From Chrysomallon squamiferum (lineage: Eukaryota > Animalia > Mollusca): DNA of 64,000 bases. Each line of letters begins with the position of its first letter. Within the stretch, counting starts at the first letter, position 1. Both the position numbers and the translations under genes were made by a program. The DNA is taken from assembly GCA_012295275.1 (NCBI GenBank), contig CM022673.1:15500001-15564000 (forward strand), written 5' to 3'. Shown here in pieces: positions 13,338 through 30,776 of this stretch. The notes beneath the pieces are model-generated. The model was not told the origin of the DNA. It was given only the letters and a program-made list of their open reading frames with translations, and did no database searches.

Positions 13338-13911
13338 TAATAATAATATTAATATAATAATAATATTAATATCAATAACAATAATGATAAGAAATATTAT
13401 TATTGTTATTATTATTATTATTATTAAGATTGTTAGCTTCCTTATGATGTCTTTGTTGTTTTGTTTTGTTGTTTTGTTTTGTTTGCTTTTTTTGTTGTTT
13501 TTTGTTTGTGTTTTTGTGTCTTTGTTTTGTTGTTGTTGTTGTTTCTTTTCTTGGGGGTGGTGTATATTTGTTTCTGTTTATTTTTCAGATGTGCAGATAT
13601 TTATTTTATTTTTGGGAAATCTATTGCTGTATATTATTTTGTGGGGTTTCTTTGTTGTTGTTTTTTCTTGTTATTTATTATTTTATTTATTGTTTGTTTG
13701 TTCGTTTGTTTTTGTTTTTTCGATTGCTTTTTTTGTTTGTTTTCTTATTTTTGTTTTTGTTTTGCTTTTGAGTGTGTGTGTGTGTGGTTTGATGTTTGTT
13801 GTTGCTTTTATTTTTTTTATTGTTGTTACTTGGGTTTTGTTTGTATGGTTGTTTGTTTTTGTTGTTTTATTTTGTGTTGTACGTTGTTGTTTTTTTATTA
13901 TTATTATTTTA

Positions 13912-13970
<59 letters not shown>

Positions 13971-14998
13971 GTAGTACTGTGTGGCTAACAGTTATTCATT
14001 TCTTGATAATTAGAGGATGATATAAAGCTAATTTTTGATGAGAAACGCGACACTAATGCTTTGTCAGTCGATGTCTAAAGTAGGTGTTAACCTACTGGAG
14101 GAGAAATTGAAACTACTGGGAAAGCTGACGCTAATGGAGATCACTCTAGAATAGGTGGTTAGAGACTAGCAGATTAGTCGTCTTAGTAATGAATTTTACG
14201 ATTGGCTATTAAACTACGTGTTGTATGCAAATATGAGCGTAAAACATAGCTTATTAACTGAGAACTAAAATCAGCATATCGGAGAATTATTATTTCAAAG
14301 TCAGCAATGTTCAGTCGCCATTGGTAACTGAAAGAAAATTAGCCACCGAGAAATGGTGTACAGTCAGTGGTTTAAAGTTTATTTTTGCAGCGCCCCATTT
14401 CAAATATTATTTGAGGTTGTGGTCACTAGGTTAAATTTAATAGAAGAACGATGAATTGTATAATGTACTTATGAACATTAATGTCATAATAGCGCTTTCA
14501 AGCATATGTTTTTAAATACATTTTTTTATTTTTTTTATTCCAATTCTGTGATTTTAAAGTCTTTGAAAATATAAGGCCAAAGATCTCTGACAGTTGAATG
14601 TTGTCATTCACTGACGAAATACTGATGTCACAATTTTTATAAATTATAAATTCTAGATATTTTACCGTGACCATGTTTTCTCACTCTGTCTCAAACAGGC
14701 ACTACCGCCCAGGCTGAGAATCAATGGTTTTGCGTAATGAAACTCACCATAGCAAACTGTAACATGTCTGTCAACATTATTATTTTGTAAAAGTCTTGTG
14801 ATAGGTATAATCGTATTAACAATCATACTGTCAAAAAAAAAAAAAAAAGAAGAAGGAGGAGAAGTGTTTGTCATCAGCTCTGGGTATGGAATCCATTATG
14901 TTTTGTTAACAATACATTACAGTTTGAGAGCAGTTTCATTAGTTGTTCTTATGCCCTGTGAATGCATATTTATTTTAGACTGCAGTGATATACGAACC

Positions 14999-16457
14999 TC
15001 AGCGTTCTGGAATTCCACATGTTTCCCAACTCTTGCTGGTCATAGTATAGCACCATGGAGAACCGGAGTCATCAGGATCACGGCAAATGTTTTCCGCATC
15101 ATGTAAATCTTTTTGCTGTTTGTTTGTTGTTGTTTCTTTTGTTTGTTTATTTTGTGGTTGATTTTTTTTCTTCTTTTTTTTTCGTGTTTTGGTTTGTGCT
15201 TTTTCATATTTTGGGGCTTGTTGTTTTGTTTTTTCCTTTTTTTTTCACTAAATCATTAAATAAAACAGAAAACCCCATTGTCATCATCATCATCATCATT
15301 GTTGTTGTTGTTGTTGTTGTTATATTATTATTATTGTTATTATTATTATTGTTGTTGTTGTTGTTGTTGTTGTTATTATTATTATTGTTGGTAGTAGTAT
15401 TTTATCCATATGTTTAAAGTCGTGGTTTTGTAACTTAGAAAGAGAGCAGGGCTTTTTTATTATTATTATTTACCCTCCTTTGTTAAATTATAACAAGCAA
15501 TCAATAGACTGGAAGATTTTCTGATGAAAATCTTGCTAATAATTATAAAATTCATAAACCTGCGTATTTCGGAATATCGCACAGCCTCCATTCTCGGTGC
15601 TGGTCGATGTAGCACCATATGTAATCAGATCCATCTGCGTCTCTGCAGTAGTTCCTAGCAGCCGCCACAGATCCTTCCTCTGGGTATTCCTGCGAAGAAC
15701 ATATATCTGACCAACTCAAGCATTCATTGTTGTCCTCCGTATAACAGAGACATATACAGCCCTGTTACGATTTTCTTTAATGTAACACATGGCAGAGCAA
15801 AAAAATAAAAAAAAAAAAAAAAAAATTAATGAAAATAGTTTTATACACGTTGTTGGCAATTATTATTGCCATACCATTTTCTCATGAATTCCTTTAATTT
15901 AATACTTAGTTACAAAAAAAAAAAGAAACTGAAAGTAATTTGATGCACGTTATTGGTATTTATTATATCTAAACCACTCTCGTATGATTTCTTTAATGTA
16001 ACACTTAACTAAATAAAAATAAAAAAATAAAATAAAAAATGAAAGTTGAAAATATATGCACATTATTGGTATGTGTTTTTGTACTAAAGCCATATACCCA
16101 TTTGCTTACCAGCCAACAATCTACACATAATGATGCACATACACAGAGATATATACACAAGCATAGAGTCGTACACAAGATTGTTGATGAAATAATAATA
16201 ATAGTAATAATAATTAATATTAACTAAAAAGTAGCAATGACGTCACCTTGGTGTGTGTATGTGTGTGTGTATGTGTGTGATCTGTATATATTTCAGTTGA
16301 GAACACTATCTGTGAATCAGACAGCATAAATTTCAACAGCCACCCAGAAATGAAAATGAAAAATTAAATAGAAATTGTTTTTTTTACTTATATCTCTGAG
16401 ATATGATGTGTGCTGACACATAAGAAAGATAAAAATATCCACAAGCACCAATTTCAT
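14999..16457 (-). pseudogene. Kringle-gene paralogue, disrupted: signal exon 16457..16388, kringle exon about 15790..15560, C-terminal half of last kringle about 15116..14999
   Basis: cacag|ATG MKLVLVDIFIFLMCQHTSYLRDI (phase 1). Kringle CYIKENRNRAVY / frameshift near 15744-15751 / YTEDNNECLSW..YPEEGSVAAARNYCRDADGSDYIWCY..WRLCDIPKY, last Cys changed to Tyr and no AG at its acceptor. Then only DAENICRDPDDSGSPWCYTMTSKSWETCGIPER*, with the N-half missing and the last Cys changed to Arg. Confidence 0.82.
15180..15541 (+). repeat. Segment of about 350 bp duplicated at 22680-23025 (RPS13 intron 4)
   Basis: Shared blocks ttttcactaa..cattaaataaaa, gtagtattttatccatatgtttaaagt..ggttttgtaacttagaaa, ttgttaaattata and ggaaga.tttctga.gaaaatct(t)tgctaata, in the same order and orientation. 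Confidence 0.88.
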
Positions 16458-17764
16458 CTGTGAAGAGAAAGGAAATTATTACTAAAATATTCTTTAAATG
16501 AAATATAGATACTCTCTAAGTATTATAATGACTCTCGAATGATAACCTACGCCCAAATATAGATATTAGGTTAACATCAAAACAGTTTTCAGAAACCTGA
16601 AGTAAGAACAGGTCCTTATTAATTATTCAGCTACAGTGCCTTAGTTACTGTGTATATATTTGCGAGTGTATGCCTAGCAAATATATTTGAAAATTTGTTC
16701 ATATATATGGGGGATAACAACGAAGTCGCAGACATTTCTGAATAGCGAGATAAAGCAAAAGATGAAATACTGACAATTGCCGGACAAATATTATGAGTTG
16801 TAGTTATTATAGTATTGATAGAAGTTGTAGTAATAGTTAGAAGAACAAATATGGATGATCAGGAAATGACATCTGTGATGATAAGAACAAAGAGAAATAA
16901 GGATATAAAAGAAGAAAAGACAATTATCAGGAAGGAAAATAAAACAAAACGCAACAAAATAAATTAAATAAATGAAAATCGAATGAGTATAACATTTTAA
17001 TGCTCCTAAACTTTGACTAACCAGAAAAATTGGTGCAGCTGATTAGTGTATGTGGTAGGAAATAAGTAAGAGAGTAGAAAGAAAATTTATTCTTACGTAA
17101 GTATCTAGCTATTCTCCTCAAGTTCAATAGCCACGTATTTCATTGTTGGATAATGAAAACTAAGAGACTATATATTGCAGAGATATCTGATTCTAATTAA
17201 CATTTTGTGAAGGCCTAATACTAACCACAGAAGTATGAATAGAACATAATTTAAATGTTACTCTCTTTTTTCAATATGCATCACACATCAATTTTTTTAA
17301 CAAAAATAAATAAATTTAAAAAAAAAACAAATCTAAAATCAGTGAGATGTGAAGGTATAATATCTAGGTTTTGAGAGCTTGCATGTTAAAAATTATCAGT
17401 CAGGTATTTTTCCATCCCAGTCCGATGCGTGTTTTGGTGTTTTTTTGGAGATATATATTTTTAAATGAATCCATGCTATCAACCGATAAGAAATTACCAC
17501 TGATTCTCGACACTGAATTTCACTTTTCATATGATTATATGTAATTTATAAACAGTAGATCGAAAATAAAAGTGAGACAGCATAAAATATATATTGATTG
17601 TGAGAGAATGTATTTGATAATTATTTTGGTCATATCTTTATTTATATTTACCTACATGCTGACACGAACGCTTATACCTCTTACATAAAATATATATATA
17701 TATATATATATATCATCATCATCATCATCATCATCATAATAATATGCATGTATGTATGTATGTG

Positions 17765-17808
<44 letters not shown>

Positions 17809-19163
17809 TACACACATACATCCATATTATTATTATGATGATGATGATTATGATGTTTGAAATAGGATTTTTTAATTAATTTTTTTTAAAGTATTTGTAC
17901 ATTTCAGTGAATGAGTATGTATTTCTGATAAGTTTTACTGAAGTCATACAAAGCTACACATGCTGGTTTCTAATGTATTTTCTCATCTAAGTAAAATGCG
18001 CCTAAAAGAAATATGTGGCAAATGTTGTTAAATGTTAAATATAAATGTTATAATCGTACCTTTAATGAAAATGACATGTCTCACTGCATTTATTAAAATA
18101 AAACAATAATTGTGATTTAGTTATGACACTTTAAATTTCAACCGACATGAAACATATAAACAAAACATAAATTTTCTGCTTTGTCATGCACAGCATAAAT
18201 GGCTTTTTTCGAAAATTATATAATATATCAGTGTAAATTTCATTTTAATTTCGATAAAAAACATTTTGCTCGTTTCAAATGATTATATACATAAGCTTTC
18301 TTCAGTAAGAAATTAAAAATCTTAAAGCTCTTTTTCATTAAAAAAAAAAAAAAATATTTCCTCTAATAATAATAATAATAACAACAACAACAACAATAAC
18401 AATAATAATCATTATAATAACAACAATAACAATGCACTAAAAAATACTACATTTTATCATTCCTTTTTACTTTCATACGAGTTTCATTATTTTTTCATTT
18501 TAAAAATTATTATTATTATTTATTTTTTTTTTTTTTTTTTATTCCTTACAAAATACCAACAGTAATAATAAGAACTGGTGTTTCAATGTTAAAGTGATAA
18601 AATACTTACATTTTTACAGAATAAATCGAATATATTGATGAATCAATTATTGTTTATATATGTATAAAAATATATATAATTATTAATGCTACTTCCTTAT
18701 AGAAATAAACGTTCGCCACCGTGAAAAGCAGCCTTCACAGGGTTAAGAAGATTTTGCCAACGATATCCCAATTTCTAAAGGTACACAGCAAACTTTCAGA
18801 AAATCTTTTGTCTACTTCAAGTAACTTTTCCCCTCTAATTCTGTTTTTTCATAGTGTTATACAGTAATAAGCATGGGATGAGAATCATAAAGAATTCCTT
18901 GATGCCAAGGATTGAGCATTACTTAACTTTCTGAAAAAAAAAAAATCTATATAAAATATATAAGCACCTACATTCAAAAATCTAATGATACTGTTGTCAA
19001 ACTGAAGTTTGTTTCTAATTAAAAATAATGGATGCCTCTCTGCATCTATATTTTTCTTTTTCCTATTCCCCCTCCCCATCGTTAATATTATTGCACTTGT
19101 GAGAACGTTTAAACAGAATAACTGTCACATTCACATACATATACAAACATAAACTACATTACT

Positions 19164-19216
<53 letters not shown>

Positions 19217-19384
19217 ACAACACTATGTCTTTTATATCCACATTTGTGTAGATAAATAACACTGAATACGTGTGATGAAATTTGTTAAATCATTCGTAAA
19301 GTAGTTATTGCGACATGAAATAACGCCTTCTAAACACTATTAATACTACTGCTACTACTACTACAACTACTACTACTACTACAC

Positions 19385-19442
<58 letters not shown>

Positions 19443-19611
19443 GCATTAATACTGTGTATATATCTGGACTAAGTTCATTATTTAAATTTTTATTGCTATG
19501 ATATTTATTATTTTTTTAATTTCATAGTGTTGGTTTTATGTCAACCTATTGAATATGACCCGTACATAGAGATTTTGTACGAATTGTCTTTTCGTGGAAT
19601 TGTGGGATTGA

Positions 19612-19633
19612 TCTTTCTTTTTCCGCCGCCATC
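19612..19633 (+). promoter_or_regulatory. TCT/5'TOP polypyrimidine initiator of RPS13
   Basis: tCtttctttttccgccgccatcATG: a pyrimidine run starting 22 nt before the ATG, typical of animal ribosomal-protein genes. Confidence 0.75.
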
Positions 19634-24130
<4,497 letters not shown>

Positions 24131-24149
24131 AAAATTAAGAAAATGGACT

Positions 24150-24155
24150 AATAAA
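24150..24155 (+). terminator. RPS13 polyadenylation signal AATAAA
   Basis: AATAAA 20 nt after the stop codon, followed by a T/GT-rich tract near 24187-24200. Confidence 0.75.
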
Positions 24156-25205
24156 TATTGGGTGTAAATTCCAGTCTTTCAAAGAATTTGTTTTATTTTC
24201 CTAACTAGTATATGTTAAGTTGATCACTTTTAAATAACTCATAAAGATAGCCAACAGTTACAACATAGAGATGAAGCCTGACAATGTACAGGATCAGTCT
24301 TAGAATGCTGTCCGAGTTACACTAACTTTACTATTCCAGTCCAGTATATCACAATTGGTTTATCAAAAACACGAACACTTGTGAAACACTATTTCAAAAT
24401 TTTCAAGGGAGAGCATATCCATTGGGCCCCTTAGCAATTTTACCTTAACATTGCTAGTCTGCCACTTCAGTGTAAGTTGTTCACTCTGCCCAGACACTTG
24501 TGGGTTGTGTTATTTTTGAAGTTCTATTTTTCTCTTTCTTTCATCATTTAGTAAGAAATGTTATTTCTAACTAGTGTATATACGAATGTTTTGCTCTCAA
24601 ACAAGCTGCAGAAGCCTGACATAAATCAAAAAGTTTATTATTTGTTTTACCTGTACACTTTCATTACTAAACATAACACTCAAATATTACTTTATCATAC
24701 AGCAGCTTAATTATCTACAGTTAACTATAAGCAGCATAACTGTAAAAAGAAATATTTAAACTAGAAAGATGCTGAAAATGTGAATGGTGTGTCGAGTATC
24801 ATGATCCTTAAAAAATTGTTACATGATTTTTATGGCAAAGGTTGTAAATCGAGAGCAGAAAAGAATAATGAAGTTACAACCAAAGATTATTTGAAGTATT
24901 TTTTCTGACCTCCCATTTTAAAGAAGTAGTTCACATTTTCTCAACCTGACATTGTTTTAAGTTTTATCAGTAATAGAGGTGGGAGATAAATTACAATAAA
25001 GTTTATAACAAAAAACTATCATAGTTACTTTGTCAGTAACAGAGAAAAGAGATCTACAAAGTTTGCATCTAAATGTCAGTAATGAAGATAAGATGTATAG
25101 CAATGAAGCTTATAATAAACTGATTATGTGTAACGTGATACAGTCCTAAGAAAAGAAAATAAGATTATCCCTGATAGAATCAAAGAAAGAAAAATGATTT
25201 GTGTG

Positions 25206-25240
<35 letters not shown>

Positions 25241-25504
25241 ATGTAACTGCTGATAATAGCCATAAAGAATGTAAAACATTTCAGTTCAGATAGCCATTGA
25301 TTTAACTTTAGTTTACCGTTGATGCAATAATCACAAAAGTTCAAAGATACTAGATATATTAACAAAAACTAATACTCAGTTGTGTGCTGAGAAAACGCAG
25401 ACAGATCTACAACTAGCACTTAAAATTTTAGTTTTCCTGCAGTATGTTTAATTATTTTATTATTTTATTTATTTATTGATATGTACATTAAATTTTTTTT
25501 TTAA

Positions 25505-25586
<82 letters not shown>

Positions 25587-25682
25587 GAATAAATAAATAA
25601 AATGTAACCAACATGGTAAAAGAACATATGAAACATCTTTGCATGAAGTGAAGATTTCAACTATTTTATTTTATTTGTTGTT

Positions 25683-25723
<41 letters not shown>

Positions 25724-26289
25724 TTCATACACAAACCATCCACCCACTGTTACATGTATTGTTATTCCTTGTTGCTTTAAAAAAAAAAAAAAATTACGTT
25801 TTTTACTTTTTTCTTCCCATCCTCCCTTTTTGTCGTCACACATTTTCCGGACACGTACGTGAAATATTTGAAAATCGCTGTTTAGTGAAAAGTATTTACA
25901 CGGTCACATGTTTGTACTTGTAAAGCTTTTGTCATCTTTTCTTTCTCACCGAATAGAGATTTTTTACTAAATAACTTCAAATAAATTAACATAACCTGCA
26001 TAATTGTTGCATATTTTAAATTTATTTATTTATTTATTTATTTATTTGGGTTCAGTGACCTTGTCTGGTTATTTTCGTGTGATTTTTTTTTTTTTATCCT
26101 CTCCCCTTTGTTGACTCAGGTACGTGTCCTTAAAGTGCATATTTACCATGTAACCTAGTTCTTCCTTCTACTTCGCTGAATATTGCGGTCCACCGAAATT
26201 ATGGAGTTTTTATTTATTTAAGGAAACGAGAAATAAATAGATATAATTATAACAAATAAATGAAAGGAAATGATAATAAAGATGTATAT

Positions 26290-26333
<44 letters not shown>

Positions 26334-26632
26334 TTTTTTTTTTTTTTATTATTATTTATTTATTATTATCATTTTATCATCATTTTAGTTCAGTTCTTAA
26401 GTGTACATGTATGTTTGTTTCTATGTTTTTGTGTGATATTTAAATTGATCAAATATTCATTGTTAATGAATTTTCCCTGATAATAAAAGAGACGCTATCA
26501 AACACTTAATATTTATATTTCACATTTCATAATATTCTTATTTGTTGTCTATGGAATTTTAAAATTAGTATGTGTTCCGTAAATTTTTGTTAGCAGTATA
26601 ACTGGCTGTTCCATTAGCAAACCGTAAGTGGA

Positions 26633-26688
26633 TCAGTGGAACAGAACAGCGAACGAGACAGACAGTGTTTTGCGTTTTAGGGGAACAA
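26633..26688 (+). other. Probable non-coding first exon of the GST gene
   Basis: Consensus donor caa|GTAAGT at 26689, TCAGT initiator-like motif at 26633, and matching acceptor gttttag|a immediately before the ATG at 27269. The 5' boundary is uncertain. Confidence 0.5.
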
Positions 26689-26882
26689 GTAAGTATTATA
26701 ATTGTTTTCATTGTCTTTTTTATGTATTTATTTATTTATTTATTTACTTATTTTAGAAGATCTGAAACTGATAAGTAAAAACTGGTTTTAATATTATAAC
26801 GTTAATATTATTGTGACCTGACCGGATCCACTTGATGGGAATTCCTAAACAGGTTGATTTCCGTTTTCAGACAGATTTGTTC

Positions 26883-26918
<36 letters not shown>

Positions 26919-26970
26919 CATCATCATTGTCATCATCATCATCATCATCATTATTATTATTATTATTATT

Positions 26971-27060
<90 letters not shown>

Positions 27061-27268
27061 TATTTCTTGCAGCACAATAACCAGCCTTTAAAGCTTTAGA
27101 TTTTTGTTAGCAACTTTCATTTTTTGCTTTTTCAAACAATAACAATAAAACAAAGGATGATTCATGGAAATCATTGTCCATGATACGATTGTGTGTGTGT
27201 ATGTGTGTTTTTTATTTATTTATTTATATTTAAACAAAGGCATGTATAACTATTATAACTGTTTTAGA

Positions 27269-27973
27269 ATGAAGCCAACACTTCGCGGTTCCTGGTTTTG
27301 TCCGTTTGTCCAGAGAGTCTGGATTGCACTACTGGAGAAAGGAGTGGAGTTTGAGTACATGGAGATTGATCCTTACAACAAAACAAAAGCATTTCTCGAG
27401 AAGAATCCGCGTGGTCTTATTCCCGTCATAATGGATAACGACAAAGCAGTGTATGAATCGAACATTTGTATCGAGTATATCGATGAAGCATGGAAGACAG
27501 GCCCTTCTTTATTGCCTTCAGACCCTTACGAGCGAGCTTATGTTAGAATCTGGTCCGATTTTATTAATAAGAAAATCATTCCAGTTCTGTATTCAGTTCT
27601 CCAAAAACAAGATGTTAATTCCCAAGAAGAAGGAAAAGTTTTACTTTTAGAACACCTTGAAACTTTGACGAAAGCAATGTCTGAAGAAGGACCTTATTTC
27701 ACTGGGAAACATTTCGGAATGGTCGATATTATGTTGTATCCTTTTGCTCTTCGTGCTGTTTGGATTTTAGGTCACTACAGAAATTTCGTTATTCCGAAAG
27801 ACGGTATCTTCAAGAGGTTCCATACATGGAAAGAAGCTTGTGATAGCCGCCCCTCTGTCGTTTCCACTCTACCACCGAAAGAGAAACTTACTAAGAAGTA
27901 TGAAAGATATGCCAACAACACCGCTAAAACAGAACTAGCAGAGGCTATTAGAAGCGGACATGTTCTACCTTAG
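27269..27973 (+). CDS. Glutathione S-transferase, omega-like (Cys-type CPF active site), 234 aa, single coding exon
   Basis: MKPTLRGSWFCPFVQRVWIALLEKGVEFEYMEIDPY..NPRGLIPVI..VYESNICIEYIDEAW..LLPSDPYERA..GPYFTGKHFGMVDIMLYPF, i.e. GST N- and C-domain signatures. The ORF-track extension 27164-27268 is intronic (acceptor at 27266-27267). Confidence 0.93.
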   Translation: MKPTLRGSWFCPFVQRVWIALLEKGVEFEYMEIDPYNKTKAFLEKNPRGLIPVIMDNDKAVYESNICIEYIDEAWKTGPSLLPSDPYERAYVRIWSDFINKKIIPVLYSVLQKQDVNSQEEGKVLLLEHLETLTKAMSEEGPYFTGKHFGMVDIMLYPFALRAVWILGHYRNFVIPKDGIFKRFHTWKEACDSRPSVVSTLPPKEKLTKKYERYANNTAKTELAEAIRSGHVLP

Positions 27974-27976
27974 TAA

Positions 27977-28156
27977 TAACGCTAAAACAGAACTTGCTAG
28001 GCTATTAAAAATTCTTGCTAAAATAAATCTTGCAAAAACCTCATGCTCTGCTGTAATATAAACACCAGTAATATCGCTAAAAGAGAACTTGCTGCAACGT
28101 TTTATCATAATATAAACGTCAACACTGCCACTGTTAGAAAGGACGTTTTACCATAA
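27977..28156 (+). repeat. Degenerate tandem copies of the GST CDS 3' end within the 3'UTR
   Basis: CDS tail accgctaaaacagaactagcagaggctattagaa is echoed at 27978 (aacgctaaaacagaacttgctaggctattaaaa), 28016 (tgctaaaataaatcttgca) and 28073 (atcgctaaaagagaacttgctg), with a weaker copy near 28118-28156. Confidence 0.75.
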
Positions 28157-28732
28157 AAACCGACAGACATTAATTCTGAAAGTATCGGCAAAATCCTGGT
28201 TCTTTGACTTTTTATCATAAACATAAGTATTTCACAGAAATAAAAATTTCTCCGTATGTTTTATAAGTCCTTTCTCTATTAATTATATAACTATATGTGT
28301 ATATGTATTTGCAAGTGTGTATATCTTTATTATTAAAATACGGAATAAAGCTTTTTATTATTTTATTATGAATTATTTATACTTAAATTTTTTTGTAGAG
28401 AATACAAAATTACTGTGAGACTATTTTCAAACATACACGCATACAAATACATACACATACCAAAAAAACAAAAAAACATCTTTTCGAGATAACTCGGGGA
28501 ATTAATTAAAAATTATTTACTTTTGCTATTCAGTGCTGAAACTCTTACCTCTCCAGTTAATAAAAGTAAAATTATATTTCGGTCGTATATCTCATGTCTT
28601 AGTGTGCATAACTACATATAGTGTGTCATTAAATGTACTTACTTGATATTCAAACACACACACACACTCAGTTCATACATAAATATATTCAGTCATAGAC
28701 ATATACACAAACATAATTATACAATGCACACT

Positions 28733-28778
<46 letters not shown>

Positions 28779-29204
28779 TTTATTCATTCATTCATTCATT
28801 TTTATTTTTATTTATTGTTGTTGTTGTTATATTTATTCCCGTCAGCTCAATTTTGACCTATAGACCGTTACTGTTGTTTTCTTGCCTCTATTAATAAATG
28901 ACCCAGGCGTCAAGATAATTTAAACAGAAAAGCACTAGTTCTTCACATTTTTGTGTATACAATTACTATAAATCGATCTCCAAAATCGATCTTAAAATCG
29001 AAAGCACAAACAGTTCTTACAAATTGCAGTACTTGAAGAGAAGATCGAAAAGTACAACAGTGCGGCGTAGGAGATCGTTCTCTCTATTAACAAACAAAAA
29101 ACAAACAAACAAACAAACAAACAATAAAAAAACAAACAAAAATACAAAACGAGAAATGAATAAATAAATATCCAGTTTTATATATATGTATGAGTGCGTG
29201 TCTA

Positions 29205-29302
<98 letters not shown>

Positions 29303-29716
29303 CGTTAATCCATAAATATCTTTTTTTTACTATTATTTCATTATAATTATTATTTTAAAAATGTATTTGGGTGTTTTTTAAATATTTGTTTATTCATTTA
29401 GTTTGTTTGAATTAAATTATAAACGAAAAACTCCACCTGTTATTTCTATCAGTGTTTATTTAAAAGTAAATAGTACGTGACGCGTATACTAATATTTTAA
29501 TTACATTCAAACACTTCAGTCAGTTACGTGCTTCTTATTTAGGTGGATATTTTGTTGTTGTTGTTGTTGTTTTTGTTATTTTCATTATTAATTAATTTAT
29601 TTACTTAATTATTTTTTATTTTATTCATTTATATGTTTTTTAGTTTAAAGAAATATATATATATATATATACATATTCATAAAATATTATATATTTGTGT
29701 CTTTCAGTGTCTTCTG

Positions 29717-29797
29717 TTGGGTTGGCAACTAAGTTCGGGCCGTTTTTTAAATTTATTAGATTTAAACAAAACGGCGGGAACTTAGTTGCCAACCCAA
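29717..29797. mobile_element. 81-bp palindromic mariner-type MITE (MADE1-like)
   Basis: Arms ttgggttggcaactaagttc(gg/cc)gccgtttt... form a near-perfect inverted repeat with a tiny loop. The outer 20 bp are perfect. TA on the right flank, TG on the left. The terminus resembles mariner TIRs (TTRGGTTGG...AAGT). Confidence 0.78.
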
Positions 29798-29847
29798 TAC
29801 ATGAACACACATTACATTATAAACATATATATATATATGTGTGTGTG

Positions 29848-29906
<59 letters not shown>

Positions 29907-30259
29907 TAACTAGGCATGTATAGTATGTGTGTATATATCTATGCATATATATACATAAATACAAACAATTATACATCATTGCATGTTCAAGCTGTTTAAT
30001 ACGACCTATAAGTGCAAAACCATTCTAGAACTGAAGAATTATTACTCTGTTTTCTCAGATCATTTCATATTTCTTTAAAGTTAGACAATTCTGGTTTTCA
30101 TGCCTTCAGCTATTTATTCATGCAGTTTCATTTCATGGTATGGGTGTTGTTTCTTTCTACTGGCGTCAACAAATTACAAATTAATACTGTCTGCATACTG
30201 CAGTAACAGTTTTTGCATACTATTAGCCATACTGTTTAGTAAAATCGCAACGTAATATT

Positions 30260-30304
30260 TGACGTAAGGTATAAATGCACTGCGACCGAATCGATTATTT
30301 CAGT
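30260..30304 (+). promoter_or_regulatory. Candidate core promoter of the single-kringle gene: CRE/ATF-like site + TATA + Inr
   Basis: TGACGTAA at 30260, TATAAA at 30270 and TCAGT at 30300 (A at 30302, 32 nt after the TATA start). Possible 5'UTR donor ctg|gtacag near 30392. Confidence 0.6.
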
Positions 30305-30506
30305 CATATTGCTAATTCAGACAGTTTCGAATTTTGTGTAGTTCTCAGACATTCTGCAACAGTGGCAACACACAAAGGCAACTAACTTCTGGTACAGTTA
30401 TACATGGATGACAACATCTCGTTATAATGTTTATTTACAGTTATATCAAATAGTTTAAAATTTGTGTAAACATGGTCGTAAATATATATATATATATATA
30501 TATAAA

Positions 30507-30593
<87 letters not shown>

Positions 30594-30665
30594 ACTATTA
30601 ATTTCAGAATCTCTCTCTCTCCCACTCTTTCATTTGTTATCCTGATCGCTGTATCGTTACAATGC

Positions 30666-30718
<53 letters not shown>

Positions 30719-30776
30719 CAATCACACTTATTCAACTAAATATACATTAATTTAGTTTCTAACTTTCAGTTCACAG

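Noticed and set aside
14030-14780. Non-repetitive island with CCAAT (14201), octamer (14225) and minus-strand splice-like sites at about 14665-14770
   Set aside because: No coherent ORF, RNA gene or TIR pair could be established; the motifs are short enough to be chance.
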